Below, piece by piece: positions 37,364 to 37,939 of a stretch of DNA of 37,939 bases; positions within the stretch are counted from its first letter, which is position 1; each line of letters begins with the position of its first letter. Under the pieces are notes generated by a model, which was not told where the DNA came from, searched no databases, and saw only the letters and a list, made by a program, of their open reading frames with translations. The translations under genes and the position numbers were made by a program. The DNA comes from Candidatus Hermodarchaeota archaeon. Lineage in GTDB: Archaea > Asgardarchaeota > Lokiarchaeia > Sigyniarchaeales > SOKP01. The DNA lies in assembly GCA_048885925.1 (NCBI GenBank), contig JBHLLG010000021.1:7537-45475 (forward strand), read 5' to 3'.

Positions 37364-37939
37364 TTGAATGAAAAAAATAGTAGTACTCTTGCAACAGAAT
37401 GGAATCAATTGATAGTAAAGCATCCATTGCGATTTGATATTTGGGCTATCCTTGAACTTCATACTCAATTGAATGTAACTCAAATTACTCATTACGTAGA
37501 ACAAAGTAAATCTACGGTTGCTAGACATCTTAAATTAATGGAAAAAGATGGGCTTCTTATATCAAGGATAGCAAAAGCAGATGTGAAAGGAAGGATACCA
37601 CCGAAGATCTATCAAATCAATCCAAGATTTCTAGAAAAGGAGTTAGAATTAGAAAAAAGGTTTAATTCAGAAGAACCTCAAAATCTTCAACAATTTTACA
37701 AAAAGGAGGTTACGAATTATCGAAAAATGAGTTATAATATAAAAAAACTGTTAAATTATCTAGATCCATTATTAGATCTTCTTGAAGAGCAGCTAGGGGA
37801 TATTAAAGCGGCTAAAAGTACCTATGATGAATTCTTATCATATATAGATGAACCAGTTTATCTCTATTTTGACAAAAAGCGGTCCAGAAAACTCATAGAT
37901 TTACATTCAGAATATGTTTTAAAATTACATAAGCTAGCT
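37364..37939 (+). CDS. ArsR-like winged-helix transcriptional regulator (runs off window end; absent from ORF track)
   Basis: TTG at 37364 opens MNEKN...HPLRFDIWAILE...LNVTQITHYVEQSKSTVARHLKLMEKDGLL; no stop found before the window end. Confidence 0.85.
   Translation, partial: MNEKNSSTLATEWNQLIVKHPLRFDIWAILELHTQLNVTQITHYVEQSKSTVARHLKLMEKDGLLISRIAKADVKGRIPPKIYQINPRFLEKELELEKRFNSEEPQNLQQFYKKEVTNYRKMSYNIKKLLNYLDPLLDLLEEQLGDIKAAKSTYDEFLSYIDEPVYLYFDKKRSRKLIDLHSEYVLKLHKLA

Noticed and set aside
1549-37528. Short antisense ORFs in the track (e.g. 1549-1737, 2660-2872, 5773-6033, 7334-7537, 10601-10792, 10808-11335, 12560-12766, 13087-13386, 16030-16236, 16498-16794, 18420-18644, 18994-19251, 22423-22638, 26965-27153, 31275-31514, 31715-31939, 33277-33486, 36467-36730, 37328-37528)
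   Set aside because: They overlap well-supported genes on the opposite strand and carry no recognisable motifs; treated as shadow ORFs
1-37939. tRNA, rRNA, transposase or integrase genes
   Set aside because: None recognisable; intergenic regions are short and very AT-rich

Overview
AT-rich archaeal DNA, most likely Lokiarchaeia/Asgard (inferred from the tandem Rab/Roc-like small GTPases, a C-terminal IPSY-TM-basic sorting tail, NreA, DUF166 and GGTGA/GAGGTGA ribosome-binding sites). Left part: cell-surface protein, nreA, NIF3, SnoaL-like protein, gamma-carbonic-anhydrase-like protein, three small-GTPase paralogs (one with an internal TAA), a MoxR AAA+/vWA pair, a membrane protein and an FTR1 iron permease. 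Middle: a tungsten/molybdenum cofactor and uptake cluster (tupABC-moaC-moaA-moaD-moaE-moeA-moaB-moeA) with two CGTTAT-N12-ATAACG ModE-like boxes, a sulfite-oxidase-family/cytochrome-b fusion, a pair of coiled-coil+winged-helix proteins, a kinase-like protein, an SDR-QueC fusion, queD and DUF166. Right part, the most unusual: a 2127-aa NRPS (A-T-Cy-A-T-E-like, predicted Tyr + Cys, no release domain) with its own Sfp-type PPTase. It is the last unit of a tandem array in which each gene has the same promoter/leader module and the units are separated by a conserved ~80-nt stem-loop, all divergent from an ArsR-like regulator. Second strong candidate: a possible -1 frameshift (G_GAU_UUU) joining MoxR to the vWA frame. 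All calls come from reading motifs by eye; no database search or folding program was run.
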